NCBI GenBank assembly: GCA_041641295.1
Contig: JBEPYO010000001.1
Coordinates: 602,776 to 666,775 of the forward strand
DNA length: 64,000 nucleotides
Reading direction: 5' to 3'
Source: Nitrososphaerota archaeon
GTDB taxonomy: Archaea; Thermoproteota; Nitrososphaeria_A; Caldarchaeales; Calditenuaceae
Shown: positions 26,957-35,743 of the stretch, in pieces
How the letters are laid out: each line of letters begins with the position of its first letter
Position numbering within the stretch: the first letter of the stretch is position 1
The notes under the pieces: generated by a model
What the model saw: only the letters and a program-made list of their open reading frames with translations
Told to the model about the DNA's origin: nothing
Databases searched by the model: none
Made by a program: the position numbers and the translations under genes

Positions 26957-27736
26957 ATGATAGTCGTAGACGCTAATGAGGCCTCTGAGAACTCTAAGAT
27001 GGTTGAGGCTCTTAAAAAAGTGGTGGAAGTCGCCGTCAAGCCCTTGGAGGCGGGAGACTACCTGATACTCGGCTCGAGGGGACAGGCGCTCATAGAGAGG
27101 AAGAGGATCTTCGACTTTCTAAACAGCTTGAAGGGTAGGCTGTGGGACCAGCTTACCGCCCTCAAGAGCTTCGAGGGTGAGAAGCTGCTTATTCTTGAGG
27201 GCTACCTGGGGCTTTATAGGAAGAGTAAGTGGAATGAGACAGCGGTTCTCGGGCTGATCGACCGGATCGTGCTGGAGTGGGGGATACCGATTATACCCAC
27301 GCCCGACGTAAGGGCCACGCTCACTTATCTGGTGTGGAAGCATAAGAGGCTGGGCGAGGAGGAGAGGCTTAGAGAGTATCCTTTGAGGGTCAGTGGTAGG
27401 GAGATGACACCCCAAGAGCAGGCGCTCTACACGCTTGAGGGCCTCTGCGGACACAAGACAGCCAAGGCCCTCCTAGCCCAGTTCAAGACGCTGGGAAACG
27501 TTATAGCCATCTTCCACAACCGCCCGATACTTGAAGTCGAGAAGGCGCTCAGGGATGTAAAGGTTGGGGGGCGCAGAATACCTTCAACCACGATAAAGAA
27601 GATGCATGTAGCCGTAAACACGGTTTATACGGAGCCCAGCCAAGCTGGTGTGGAGGGTGTCGATGCCCAGTCCAGCAGAGAGAGCGGAGAAGGTGATGGC
27701 AGCAGTCAGGGAGCTCAAGGAGAAGGGGGGTTATGA
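26957..27736 (+). CDS. xpf: ERCC4-type nuclease (short XPF-like) with a C-terminal HhH region
   Basis: GDYLI...ERKRIFDF ERCC4 catalytic motif and a downstream HhH-like GHKTAKALLAQFKTLGNV. The acidic/Gly tail has no obvious PIP box. Confidence 0.6.
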   Translation: MIVVDANEASENSKMVEALKKVVEVAVKPLEAGDYLILGSRGQALIERKRIFDFLNSLKGRLWDQLTALKSFEGEKLLILEGYLGLYRKSKWNETAVLGLIDRIVLEWGIPIIPTPDVRATLTYLVWKHKRLGEEERLREYPLRVSGREMTPQEQALYTLEGLCGHKTAKALLAQFKTLGNVIAIFHNRPILEVEKALRDVKVGGRRIPSTTIKKMHVAVNTVYTEPSQAGVEGVDAQSSRESGEGDGSSQGAQGEGGL

Positions 27737-28085
27737 AAAGGCCTACGAGCTGATAAATCAGATCAAGGACCTATGCCCGCCGGGAATCGAGTGGGGCTTC
27801 GAGCTGGCCAGGGTGGCGGGAATCTCATACATCGCTGAGGGAGGCAGGATAGTGGTCCTGAGCGTATCGAGGGGTGAGTTCGGCCCCTTCATGGATTCGC
27901 GGATGAGGGTGATCTCGGTGGACAATATCCCTGTCAATGCCCTGTCAGGCGTAGTATCTGACCCCGAAGGCTTCCTCGACTCTTTCGTCAACCACCTACA
28001 TCAGTGGCTTAAGAGCTCATCCCCAAACAACCCTCTGCGGTCTGAAGTATTAGAGTTTGTTAAAGCGCTATCCGCTAAGAGGTAG
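27648..28085 (+). CDS. Hypothetical protein; the start is probably at an internal Met (27663 or 27696)
   Basis: ORF only. Confidence 0.35.
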   Translation: MWRVSMPSPAERAEKVMAAVRELKEKGGYEKAYELINQIKDLCPPGIEWGFELARVAGISYIAEGGRIVVLSVSRGEFGPFMDSRMRVISVDNIPVNALSGVVSDPEGFLDSFVNHLHQWLKSSSPNNPLRSEVLEFVKALSAKR

Positions 28086-28094
28086 GCAGCCCAC

Positions 28095-28589
28095 CTACCC
28101 TTTCAGCCGCTTTATTATCTCCTCAGCCTCGAGCTTACCCTTCTCGGAGAGCCTGTAGATCTTCACTCCCGACTGGTCGGTGTCGGCCACGAAGTGGTCC
28201 TTGTAGGGCTTTCTGAAGAACTCGGTGTCAAGCCAGCTCTTCGGCACCTCCTTCCCCAGCTCCCGCGTCCTCTGGTTTATCTGCTCCCTACTCATGGGCC
28301 CCTCATAGTAGAGTAGCAGCTCGACAAGCTCCCTATACGTGAGTGATTCGAGGTGTTGTAGGAGGTCCTGCGGAAACCTCTTGGCTGCCTGCTGGGCCGA
28401 AGGTGCGTGTTCTTGTGCGAGATGCCCCACCGACTGCTGGGCGAGCGCCACGGCCTCCCCCAGCCCCGACGCCTCAACCGAGCCCCGAACCCTAAGCTTC
28501 AGCATCGGCGATAACTGAAGCTCAACCTCCACCTCATACTCTCTATTCTTTTCTCCGTGCTGCATAGCATAAGATGGGCCCAGATACAA
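28095..28589 (-). CDS. Hypothetical protein with a winged-helix-like C-terminal half
   Basis: ORF only. Confidence 0.35.
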   Translation of the reverse strand: MYLGPSYAMQHGEKNREYEVEVELQLSPMLKLRVRGSVEASGLGEAVALAQQSVGHLAQEHAPSAQQAAKRFPQDLLQHLESLTYRELVELLLYYEGPMSREQINQRTRELGKEVPKSWLDTEFFRKPYKDHFVADTDQSGVKIYRLSEKGKLEAEEIIKRLKG

Positions 28590-28597
28590 TAAATCCT

Positions 28598-29179
28598 TTA
28601 ACCGCTTGGACGTGGCTCGGTTTTTCCAAGACTAAGGATCTGTGAGGGCCTGAGTACCGATACTCCAGTGACACCTCCGAGGACCTCTATTAGCACTATC
28701 CAGTCGGGGTTCTCGAGGTTCACTTTGCGGTCCACCCTGGCCGCTACCGCCTCTATCACCTCGCGGCTCGAGAGCTGCGTGTGCCGCTTCTCCACGACCA
28801 CCTTATACGTCGCATCAGGCGGTATCTTGTCCTTCAGCCGGTCTACAGTCGCGGCTATCTCCTCAATCTTGCTTTGGGCCACAAGCTCTACAGGTATCAG
28901 CCTCATGATGCCCTCCACCTTGATGGGCTCCTTGGCTGCAATCTCTCTAGCCCTCTCGACGACCTGGAATGGGTCTAGCCGAGTGTAGGCCGTTAAGACG
29001 CCCTGAATCTTGGTTATCTCCACCTGGGGGTTCTCGTCACCCATCTCGCCCAGGAGGCTTGATAGTGTTGCTACACCCAGGACCTCCTGCCCTCTAAGGG
29101 TTGTCGCTATCAAGTTGAATGGCCTGGTCATCCGGCTAGTAAAGGTGCGCGCAGGGACAAAAACATCTCTCACCACCAT
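28598..29179 (-). CDS. Hypothetical protein, possibly THUMP-like RNA-binding
   Basis: The IVLIEVLGGVTGVSV segment resembles a THUMP strand. The assignment is weak. Confidence 0.35.
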   Translation of the reverse strand: MVVRDVFVPARTFTSRMTRPFNLIATTLRGQEVLGVATLSSLLGEMGDENPQVEITKIQGVLTAYTRLDPFQVVERAREIAAKEPIKVEGIMRLIPVELVAQSKIEEIAATVDRLKDKIPPDATYKVVVEKRHTQLSSREVIEAVAARVDRKVNLENPDWIVLIEVLGGVTGVSVLRPSQILSLGKTEPRPSG

Positions 29180-29341
29180 TAGAGGGGTATCTCGGCTAAC
29201 CTCCTGCCTCGTAGAACGCCTGGCCAGTCGGGCAAACCCCCATCTAAGAGGCTTGCACTATCCAAAACCAGAAAAACCAGCACATACATTTAAACAAATA
29301 GACATCACGGCGAAAATAGTGTAACAAAATAAACCTATCAC

Positions 29342-29557
29342 ATGGGATTCCAGGCATTTACTAAGAACGGAGAGATAGAGCGTGATAATAGCACCGTCAG
29401 CGAGTTTTTGTCATGGGGTCAGAAACATGACCACTGGTTCTCTAAGAAGCATGATTGGTCTCCTTTGCTCAGGATTGAGGCTACGCTTGGCAAGAACTAT
29501 CTTATATTAAGGTGCATCCCAGACTTAGCCATAATACAACACCTACAACCATCCTAG
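29342..29557 (+). CDS. Small hypothetical ORF in a low-GC island
   Basis: TTTAAACA lies about 50 nt upstream. Composition is AT-rich. The call is uncertain. Confidence 0.25.
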   Translation: MGFQAFTKNGEIERDNSTVSEFLSWGQKHDHWFSKKHDWSPLLRIEATLGKNYLILRCIPDLAIIQHLQPS

Positions 29558-30175
29558 AAGGGCCTCCACTAGTGAACTAACGTTACTGCTGTTGCTGATG
29601 AGGATGGAGGGATGTGAATGATCTCCTTCGCGCTCCATCTTAAAGCCTACCTGAGGCGGGTCGAAGTAAGCGGGGTTTCTTACGACCCCTGTCTCTGTAG
29701 TAATCTTATCCAATCCAGCCATTTCCAAGGCCACGAAGAACTTGGAGGTAGCCCCACCTATCATAACTAGCTTCGCACCGCTTAAAGCAGCATTTCTAAG
29801 GAAGACAAGTAGCCTAGGATCACTCAAACTCTTCTCGAACCACTCGCCTCCGAATACGACCAACGTGTTAGCGCTCAGCGCCACATCTCCCGGAATATCT
29901 GCTAAAGATGTTATACGAGCCCCTCTAAATTCAAGCTCTTTAACAACTTCAGACGCCAACTTACCACCGCCTATATGAAGAACCATAAAATTACTTAAAT
30001 CGCGCTGCACGCTCCATCCTCCCGGTGTTTGAATACTCCGTGACCACATTGTTGATAGTAGAAAACTTGAAGATAATATAATGATTAATGCTGATAGTAC
30101 AATCAACCCCAACATAATCATGCTTTTTCTTTCTTTGATCGATAAAAGTTTCCTATCTACATGGATTATCATCAC
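29543..30175 (-). CDS. Membrane-anchored hypothetical protein (low-GC island)
   Basis: N-terminal TM helix followed by an extracytoplasmic domain. AT-rich codon usage. Confidence 0.45.
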   Translation of the reverse strand: MMIIHVDRKLLSIKERKSMIMLGLIVLSALIIILSSSFLLSTMWSRSIQTPGGWSVQRDLSNFMVLHIGGGKLASEVVKELEFRGARITSLADIPGDVALSANTLVVFGGEWFEKSLSDPRLLVFLRNAALSGAKLVMIGGATSKFFVALEMAGLDKITTETGVVRNPAYFDPPQVGFKMEREGDHSHPSILISNSSNVSSLVEALLGWL

Positions 30176-30551
30176 TAAGCTTGTATTGTCAACTTCTACT
30201 TAAGCTTAGTTCATATTCTCATTTAAGGTGGTTGTATCCGCGACAGGCCTGTTACCGAATGGGCTCTCTCATATGCGCTTACATTCTGGAGAGGATTATC
30301 AAGACGGCACCAATCTCTATCAGGCCTAATAAATTGACAAGTGTCCCGACACAGCCCACTTTCACGGTACTGAAGACTGCCTCATTTAAGATGTTGTCGC
30401 TAAAATGCTAACTATACAAAATATGAAGACTCTTAAAAAGGACTGTGATAGACTCCATCAGACCTTAAATGACCTCCCTTATATTTGGACACCACATACC
30501 AAAAAATAAAAGAAAGGTAAGTAATGCTTAGTATATGGAGGGTAGCGGTAT

Positions 30552-31562
30552 TTGAAAAACGTCACCCTCATTTTTGACGATAAATGTGCTATATGTCGGA
30601 GACTTGCCACTGATGTGAAAAAATATTCTTATGGGTTAATAAGGGCATTACCGCTTGACAGCGGCGAATCGAAAGAGTTGCTCCATAAACTATATGGTGA
30701 ACACCCTCCCAACAGCTTCTTTCTAATTCAGCAAGATGGAAGCTATATACAGGTGAGTTATGGTATCAGGGCAGCTTTTAAAATAGCTAGTCTGGTGGGT
30801 CTCAAGAATGCTGTGAGGCTTTTTGCATCTTATCTCGACTATCACAGGGTGCTCAGGAGGTCGTTGAGGTCAAACATATGCTGTAATAATGGAACTATAG
30901 CGATTAATGTGGCTAAACGTCGAACATTAAACTTCCTAATTAGGGGCGGGGTCTTATTAGCATTTTACGCATTGCTAGGGTCTTGGCTTATTCCCAAGAC
31001 TCTCGGAGAACAGCGGGAAAGACCTATAAGAATAATTGAGACAAGACGAGTAGCTGGTGAAGAAAAAAGGAATATCTTAGGGGGTGTCATCTCTGATAAT
31101 GACTTCCTAAATGCAATGCACTGGCTAATCAGAAATTCCTTCACGCCTCAGATCAATGACGCTAGCGTGGAGCATATTTTTGCCCAGGCTGGTGAGACAC
31201 AGCTGGTCTTTCTCAAAGTACAAATACCATTCAGAGGTGAGGGGGACCCCCAACTGCTCTTCATAAGAGGCATAGAGGGTCCGCTGAAGGATGAAAAAGT
31301 GGCTCTAGCGTCTTATATTTCTCCAGATGGCCACCAACACGGATTCGCGAGTAAAGATGGAATAACCAGAGAGGTTACCTATGGGAGCCATGATCCTCTA
31401 GGCTGCGGAATCTGCTTAGCCAGATGCGTGGTGCTCACTTGCTGGACATGTTGGATCGCATGCGCATATGCGTCTACGGGTGTAGGTGTTGCGCTTTGCC
31501 TCGTATGCACCCTAGTATCTTGTCCATTCTGTTTTACGGGGTGTTACTCGTACTGTCGGTAG
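30552..31562 (+). CDS. Fusion protein: N-terminal DCC-family (DUF393) thiol-disulfide oxidoreductase, a TM helix, a central domain and a 12-Cys hydrophobic C-terminal tail. TTG start.
   Basis: LIFDDKCAICRRLA is the DxxCxxC DCC motif. The C-terminus is LGCGICLARCVVLTCWTCWIACAYASTGVGVALCLVCTLVSCPFCFTGCYSYCR. The gene lies in a low-GC region. Confidence 0.6.
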   Translation: MKNVTLIFDDKCAICRRLATDVKKYSYGLIRALPLDSGESKELLHKLYGEHPPNSFFLIQQDGSYIQVSYGIRAAFKIASLVGLKNAVRLFASYLDYHRVLRRSLRSNICCNNGTIAINVAKRRTLNFLIRGGVLLAFYALLGSWLIPKTLGEQRERPIRIIETRRVAGEEKRNILGGVISDNDFLNAMHWLIRNSFTPQINDASVEHIFAQAGETQLVFLKVQIPFRGEGDPQLLFIRGIEGPLKDEKVALASYISPDGHQHGFASKDGITREVTYGSHDPLGCGICLARCVVLTCWTCWIACAYASTGVGVALCLVCTLVSCPFCFTGCYSYCR

Positions 31563-31583
31563 GTTGTCAAACCCTTTTGATAG

Positions 31584-31955
31584 GTGTTAGCGACCATGTC
31601 TATGGATTATGATTGGAAGAGAGCTAGGAGAATTGCAGTATATCACATAATGTTGGGATTGATGTTTTTAATACCTACTTTACTTGGTCCATTTGCTCTG
31701 CTCTTAAACTTAGACGTATATTGGCCTCGTGGTTGGTATTGGTTATATGTAGCTCCGCCGATATACGGGTCTATGGCAGTCCACAACTTCCTTATAGCTT
31801 ATGGTCTACGGAGGAAGAGGCCTTGGGCGTGGCGTGAGACGGCTCTCAAGGACCCAAGATGGTACGCCTCAAGACGCTCAATACTCTCGGCAATAGCAAT
31901 AACAATCATAATAGTTGTGTCAATTATAATATTATTTTTTTCATATGCGGGGTGA
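31584..31955 (+). CDS. Small polytopic membrane protein (low-GC island)
   Basis: Three predicted TM helices. It lies immediately downstream of the Cys-rich fusion gene. Confidence 0.45.
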   Translation: MLATMSMDYDWKRARRIAVYHIMLGLMFLIPTLLGPFALLLNLDVYWPRGWYWLYVAPPIYGSMAVHNFLIAYGLRRKRPWAWRETALKDPRWYASRRSILSAIAITIIIVVSIIILFFSYAG

Positions 31956-32613
31956 TGCTCTCACGTTCCAGCCCCTCACAACCTTGTAGACATACTTGAT
32001 GACCTTATCGTCGAAGGGCCTCCACTATTGTGGATGTGGATGACGCCATAGAACACTCTCTCATCTCTTCAGCAGTATATGAAATATGTATCATCCACCC
32101 ACCTCAGTCTCCTTGGCCTCTAATACTCCAGTGCAAACATCGCCCTCGTCGTCCCTCAGCTCAAACTCCTTCAGCTTGGCAATTCTCTCGGATAGCGGCT
32201 CATCAAACCTGACATAAGTCCGCCAGGGCCTATACCCTTTAGACGAATATTCCAACCACTCACGGTTGCTCGAATTGGGAGTAGTGGATATAAACGGTTG
32301 AGGCCCGACAGAACAGAACACCCCAGATCTAAACAACCAAAATCACTAATGAAGGGAATAATAAGAGAGTGAACAGGAGAATTAGGACAAGAAGGAAAAA
32401 TAGGGGAAGTTGGCCGGGCGGCACTCCACCAGAGAACCCGGAAGATCCAGGCAGCAGTGCTACGACCTAAGCTTGTTGGGGGTTAAAATCCTTATATCTG
32501 ATGGAAGAGTATTGGTATAGTCCACTTTGAGGACAGGGTTATAGAGATTCCCACACAAGCTAAGAAGTTAACAGTTAAATCCCTGGTTGTGTTGATATGA
32601 TTTAAGATGCCTC

Positions 32614-33180
32614 ATGAGTGAAGAATGGTGGCGTAGGAGGAGGTTCTTCCGGCCCTTCGAGTTCATCGATGAGATGATGAGGGAGTTTGAGCGCTGGTTT
32701 GAGGAGGAGTTTAGAAGGTTTGAGAGGGAGTGGCCCAAGGAGCTGGTGAGGGAGGTTAGGACCCCGACTGGGGTGCGGAGGGAGATAGGCCCGATAGTCT
32801 ATGGATACTCAATAACGATAGGCCCTGATGGGCGACCAGTCGTCAGGGAGTTCGGGAACGTCAGGCCGAGCAGGCGCGGAGAACTCCCAGCCCTCACCGT
32901 GGAGAGGGAGCCGCTAGTCGACATGATAGTCGAGGATGAGCAGATAAAAGTGGTAGCCGAGGTCCCAGGCGTCAGGAAGGAGGACATTAACCTGACTGTG
33001 CGCGACTCCAGACTCATCATCAAGGTTGACACAGAGACTAGGAAATATTACAAGGAGCTGGACCTGCCTGAGGAGGTTGAGCCCGAGAAGGCTAAGGCCA
33101 CTTATAACAACGGAGTCCTCGAGGTGGTTTTGCCCAAGAAGGGAGGCGGTCACCCGCCGAAGACCATAAAGGTCGAGTAG
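32614..33180 (+). CDS. Hsp20/alpha-crystallin small heat-shock protein
   Basis: Alpha-crystallin domain pattern (VDMIVEDEQIKVVAEVPGVRKEDINLTV...YNNGVLEVVLPK). Confidence 0.8.
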   Translation: MSEEWWRRRRFFRPFEFIDEMMREFERWFEEEFRRFEREWPKELVREVRTPTGVRREIGPIVYGYSITIGPDGRPVVREFGNVRPSRRGELPALTVEREPLVDMIVEDEQIKVVAEVPGVRKEDINLTVRDSRLIIKVDTETRKYYKELDLPEEVEPEKAKATYNNGVLEVVLPKKGGGHPPKTIKVE

Positions 33181-33211
33181 CTGGGCTCCTGAGCATCCAT
33201 TTTTTTAAACG

Positions 33212-33538
33212 CTAGTCTGGCCAGCTCCAATACTTGTAGAGTATGTATGCTTCGCCGCGCTTGAAGAACCTGTGTTTTACCTCGCTGAACCTGAACCTAG
33301 ATGCCTCGGGGCGCGGAGTCATTCTTTCAACCCCCTCCGACTCGATTATCCTGAATCCTACAACGTCTCCGATCCTAGAGCCGTAAGGGTGAGTGGCACT
33401 CTTCATCATCGTGTCTATAAGGTATGACGCGACGTTCTCGGCCTCCTCTCTCGTCGATAGTCCGCCGCTTAGTCCGAACTCCTCCTGCCCCACCCAGCCC
33501 CTACCCTGGACGAAGAATTCTATCACATAGAGACCCAT
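33212..33538 (-). CDS. Hypothetical protein
   Basis: ORF only. Confidence 0.35.
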   Translation of the reverse strand: MGLYVIEFFVQGRGWVGQEEFGLSGGLSTREEAENVASYLIDTMMKSATHPYGSRIGDVVGFRIIESEGVERMTPRPEASRFRFSEVKHRFFKRGEAYILYKYWSWPD

Positions 33539-33551
33539 TCAGCCTTCACCT

Positions 33552-34025
33552 CTAACCCCGCAGCCCCACCCTCCTGATGGCGGCCTCGTTTATGATGCTT
33601 GAGGCTGCGAGCGCGATTGGGAGGGCTGCGATACCGGCCTCCACTAGCGGCTGCTGGCCTAGGAAGACTATGTGTGCTATTGCAAGTGCTGCGCCAATTC
33701 CCGCCGCTGAGAGGTTTCCCAAGGTCGAGGATGTGATGGAGAGTGCCAATGCTGCGAGGGTAGCAATCACGGCTAGGGGCCAGGGGAGAAGTCGCGCCAC
33801 GGTTATACTGGGATTCAGGATTATGAGGAGTAGATAGGACACCGCTATTATTGGAGGAATATACCCCAAGAGCGCCGGCCTAGTCCTCTTCTCCTCGCTC
33901 GCCACCATGACTAGGGTGAATCCGCTTCTACATGAGGGGCACTCGGCCTTCCATGCTTGGAGATAGACTTCATACCCGCAGTTTGTGCATCTGAAGAGCC
34001 GGAGCCTCTTGCCCACGAAATCCAC
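33552..34025 (-). CDS. Zinc-ribbon plus multi-TM hypothetical membrane protein
   Basis: CTNCG...CPSC ribbon followed by hydrophobic helices. Confidence 0.45.
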   Translation of the reverse strand: MDFVGKRLRLFRCTNCGYEVYLQAWKAECPSCRSGFTLVMVASEEKRTRPALLGYIPPIIAVSYLLLIILNPSITVARLLPWPLAVIATLAALALSITSSTLGNLSAAGIGAALAIAHIVFLGQQPLVEAGIAALPIALAASSIINEAAIRRVGLRG

Positions 34026-34069
34026 GTGTTGCGCTCATGGATATATATGTGAGCAGTGTAACTTAACGT

Positions 34070-35089
34070 GTGATGGAGCCAGAAGCCGCTGACAGCCTAT
34101 ACGACATAGTTATAATCGGGTCCGGACCCGCCGGATACACCGCTGGTATATACGCCGCTAGAGCAAACCTCAAGACGGTTATAATAGCGGGAGTCACGCC
34201 GGGTGGACAGCTCATGTTAACAGGCGTAGTCGAGAATTTTCCCGGATTCCCTGACGGAGTCCAAGGGCCTGACTTGATGGAGAGCATGAGGAGGCAGGCA
34301 GAGAACGCCGGAGTGGAGATCGTATATGACGACGCGGTGGACGTGGATTTCAGCACCTATCCAAGGAAGATAATAACCTCTGATCGGACCTTCCTCGCCA
34401 AGGCCGTGATAATTGCGACTGGAGCGTCGCCGAAGTGGCTCGGGCTTGAGTCTGAGAAGCGCTTGCTAGGGCGCGGCGTATCCAGTTGTGCAACATGTGA
34501 CGGCCCGTTATTCAGGGGGGCGAAGTGTGCCGTCGTTGTTGGCGGCGGCGACTCTGCCATGGAGTATGCCCTCTTCCTATCCAAGCTAGTTGAGAAGGTG
34601 GTGGTTGTCCACAGGAGGGATAAGCTCCGGGCCTCGAAGATTATGCAGGAGAGGGCCCTCTCAAACCCGAAAATAGAGTTTGTGTGGAATAGCGTTGTAG
34701 TGGATGTGTTGGGGAGTGAGAGGGTTGAGGGGGTCAAGGTCAAGAACAAGCTGACGGGTGAGGAGAAGGTTATACCTTGCAACGCAGTGTTCGTCGCAAT
34801 AGGCCACGCGCCTAATACTGAGTTTCTGCGGGGTAAGTTGGAACTAGACGAGGAGGGATACATTAAACTGTATAATAACTTCGAGACGAGTGTTAAGGGT
34901 GTTTTCGCGGCTGGCGATGTCCACGATAAGAGGTATAGGCAGGCGATAACGGCTGCTGGTTTTGGATGCATGGCTGCGATGGAGGCGATAAGATTCATAG
35001 AGGAGGGACATCCAGAGAGGCTTGAGAAGGAGTATCGTGCTGGACGGGTAGAAGTGGTCTCCGGCTCTAACCCCTCAGAGCAATCTTAG
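34070..35089 (+). CDS. trxB: Thioredoxin-disulfide reductase
   Basis: Two FAD/NAD GxGxxG motifs and the CATCDG redox-active motif. Confidence 0.9.
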   Translation: MMEPEAADSLYDIVIIGSGPAGYTAGIYAARANLKTVIIAGVTPGGQLMLTGVVENFPGFPDGVQGPDLMESMRRQAENAGVEIVYDDAVDVDFSTYPRKIITSDRTFLAKAVIIATGASPKWLGLESEKRLLGRGVSSCATCDGPLFRGAKCAVVVGGGDSAMEYALFLSKLVEKVVVVHRRDKLRASKIMQERALSNPKIEFVWNSVVVDVLGSERVEGVKVKNKLTGEEKVIPCNAVFVAIGHAPNTEFLRGKLELDEEGYIKLYNNFETSVKGVFAAGDVHDKRYRQAITAAGFGCMAAMEAIRFIEEGHPERLEKEYRAGRVEVVSGSNPSEQS

Positions 35090-35693
35090 AAATCCTGTGG
35101 GCCTCCTTAAGGGGCGCAATTAGGTCGCACCCCACAGAGTTAACCAGCCTCAACACAGACTCGACATCAACCATGTGGCCCACGCTCACATAGTATCTCC
35201 TACCACCCTTCCCTCTAAGAATTACACCTACCCTCTCTCCTCCAGCCTCAAGATACTCCACACCATCCTCAACCCTAGTCTCACCGTAGAGAAGCGATTT
35301 CGCAACACCCACCGATGGTGTGTCGGCGAGTAGGCCGACGATGCTGGCGAGGCCCGCCTTCCTCGGGTGGGCTAGACCATGACCATCAACTAGGAGTAGA
35401 TGAGGCCTTGTTGACAGCCGCTTGATGGCAGCTAGCATTAAGGGGGCTTCGCGGGCATATAGCAGCCCGGGGATGTAGGGGAAGAAGACATCTCCACGAA
35501 ACGTTACTGTCTCTACCACCTTCCTCCCAGTTTTGGACCATAGGACAGCAGCTGCTACACCCTCCTCCCCCCTGTAGGAGACGTCGAGGCCACACAACAT
35601 CTCAACGCTCCCAACATCCAGCTGTGTGACATGTACCTGTCCAGCCAAGAGTAATTGTATTCCCTTGAAGAAGTCGACTAGATGGGATACCAA
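35067..35693 (-). CDS. nfi: Endonuclease V (deoxyinosine 3' endonuclease)
   Basis: DVSY...LLVDGHGLAHPRKAGLA...GVAKSLL motifs. Confidence 0.8.
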   Translation of the reverse strand: MVSHLVDFFKGIQLLLAGQVHVTQLDVGSVEMLCGLDVSYRGEEGVAAAVLWSKTGRKVVETVTFRGDVFFPYIPGLLYAREAPLMLAAIKRLSTRPHLLLVDGHGLAHPRKAGLASIVGLLADTPSVGVAKSLLYGETRVEDGVEYLEAGGERVGVILRGKGGRRYYVSVGHMVDVESVLRLVNSVGCDLIAPLKEAHRISKIALRG

Positions 35694-35743
35694 TCTAAGT
35701 GGGGATGATGTGTCGGAGGGATATATTTACAGCGGGTGGTGTG

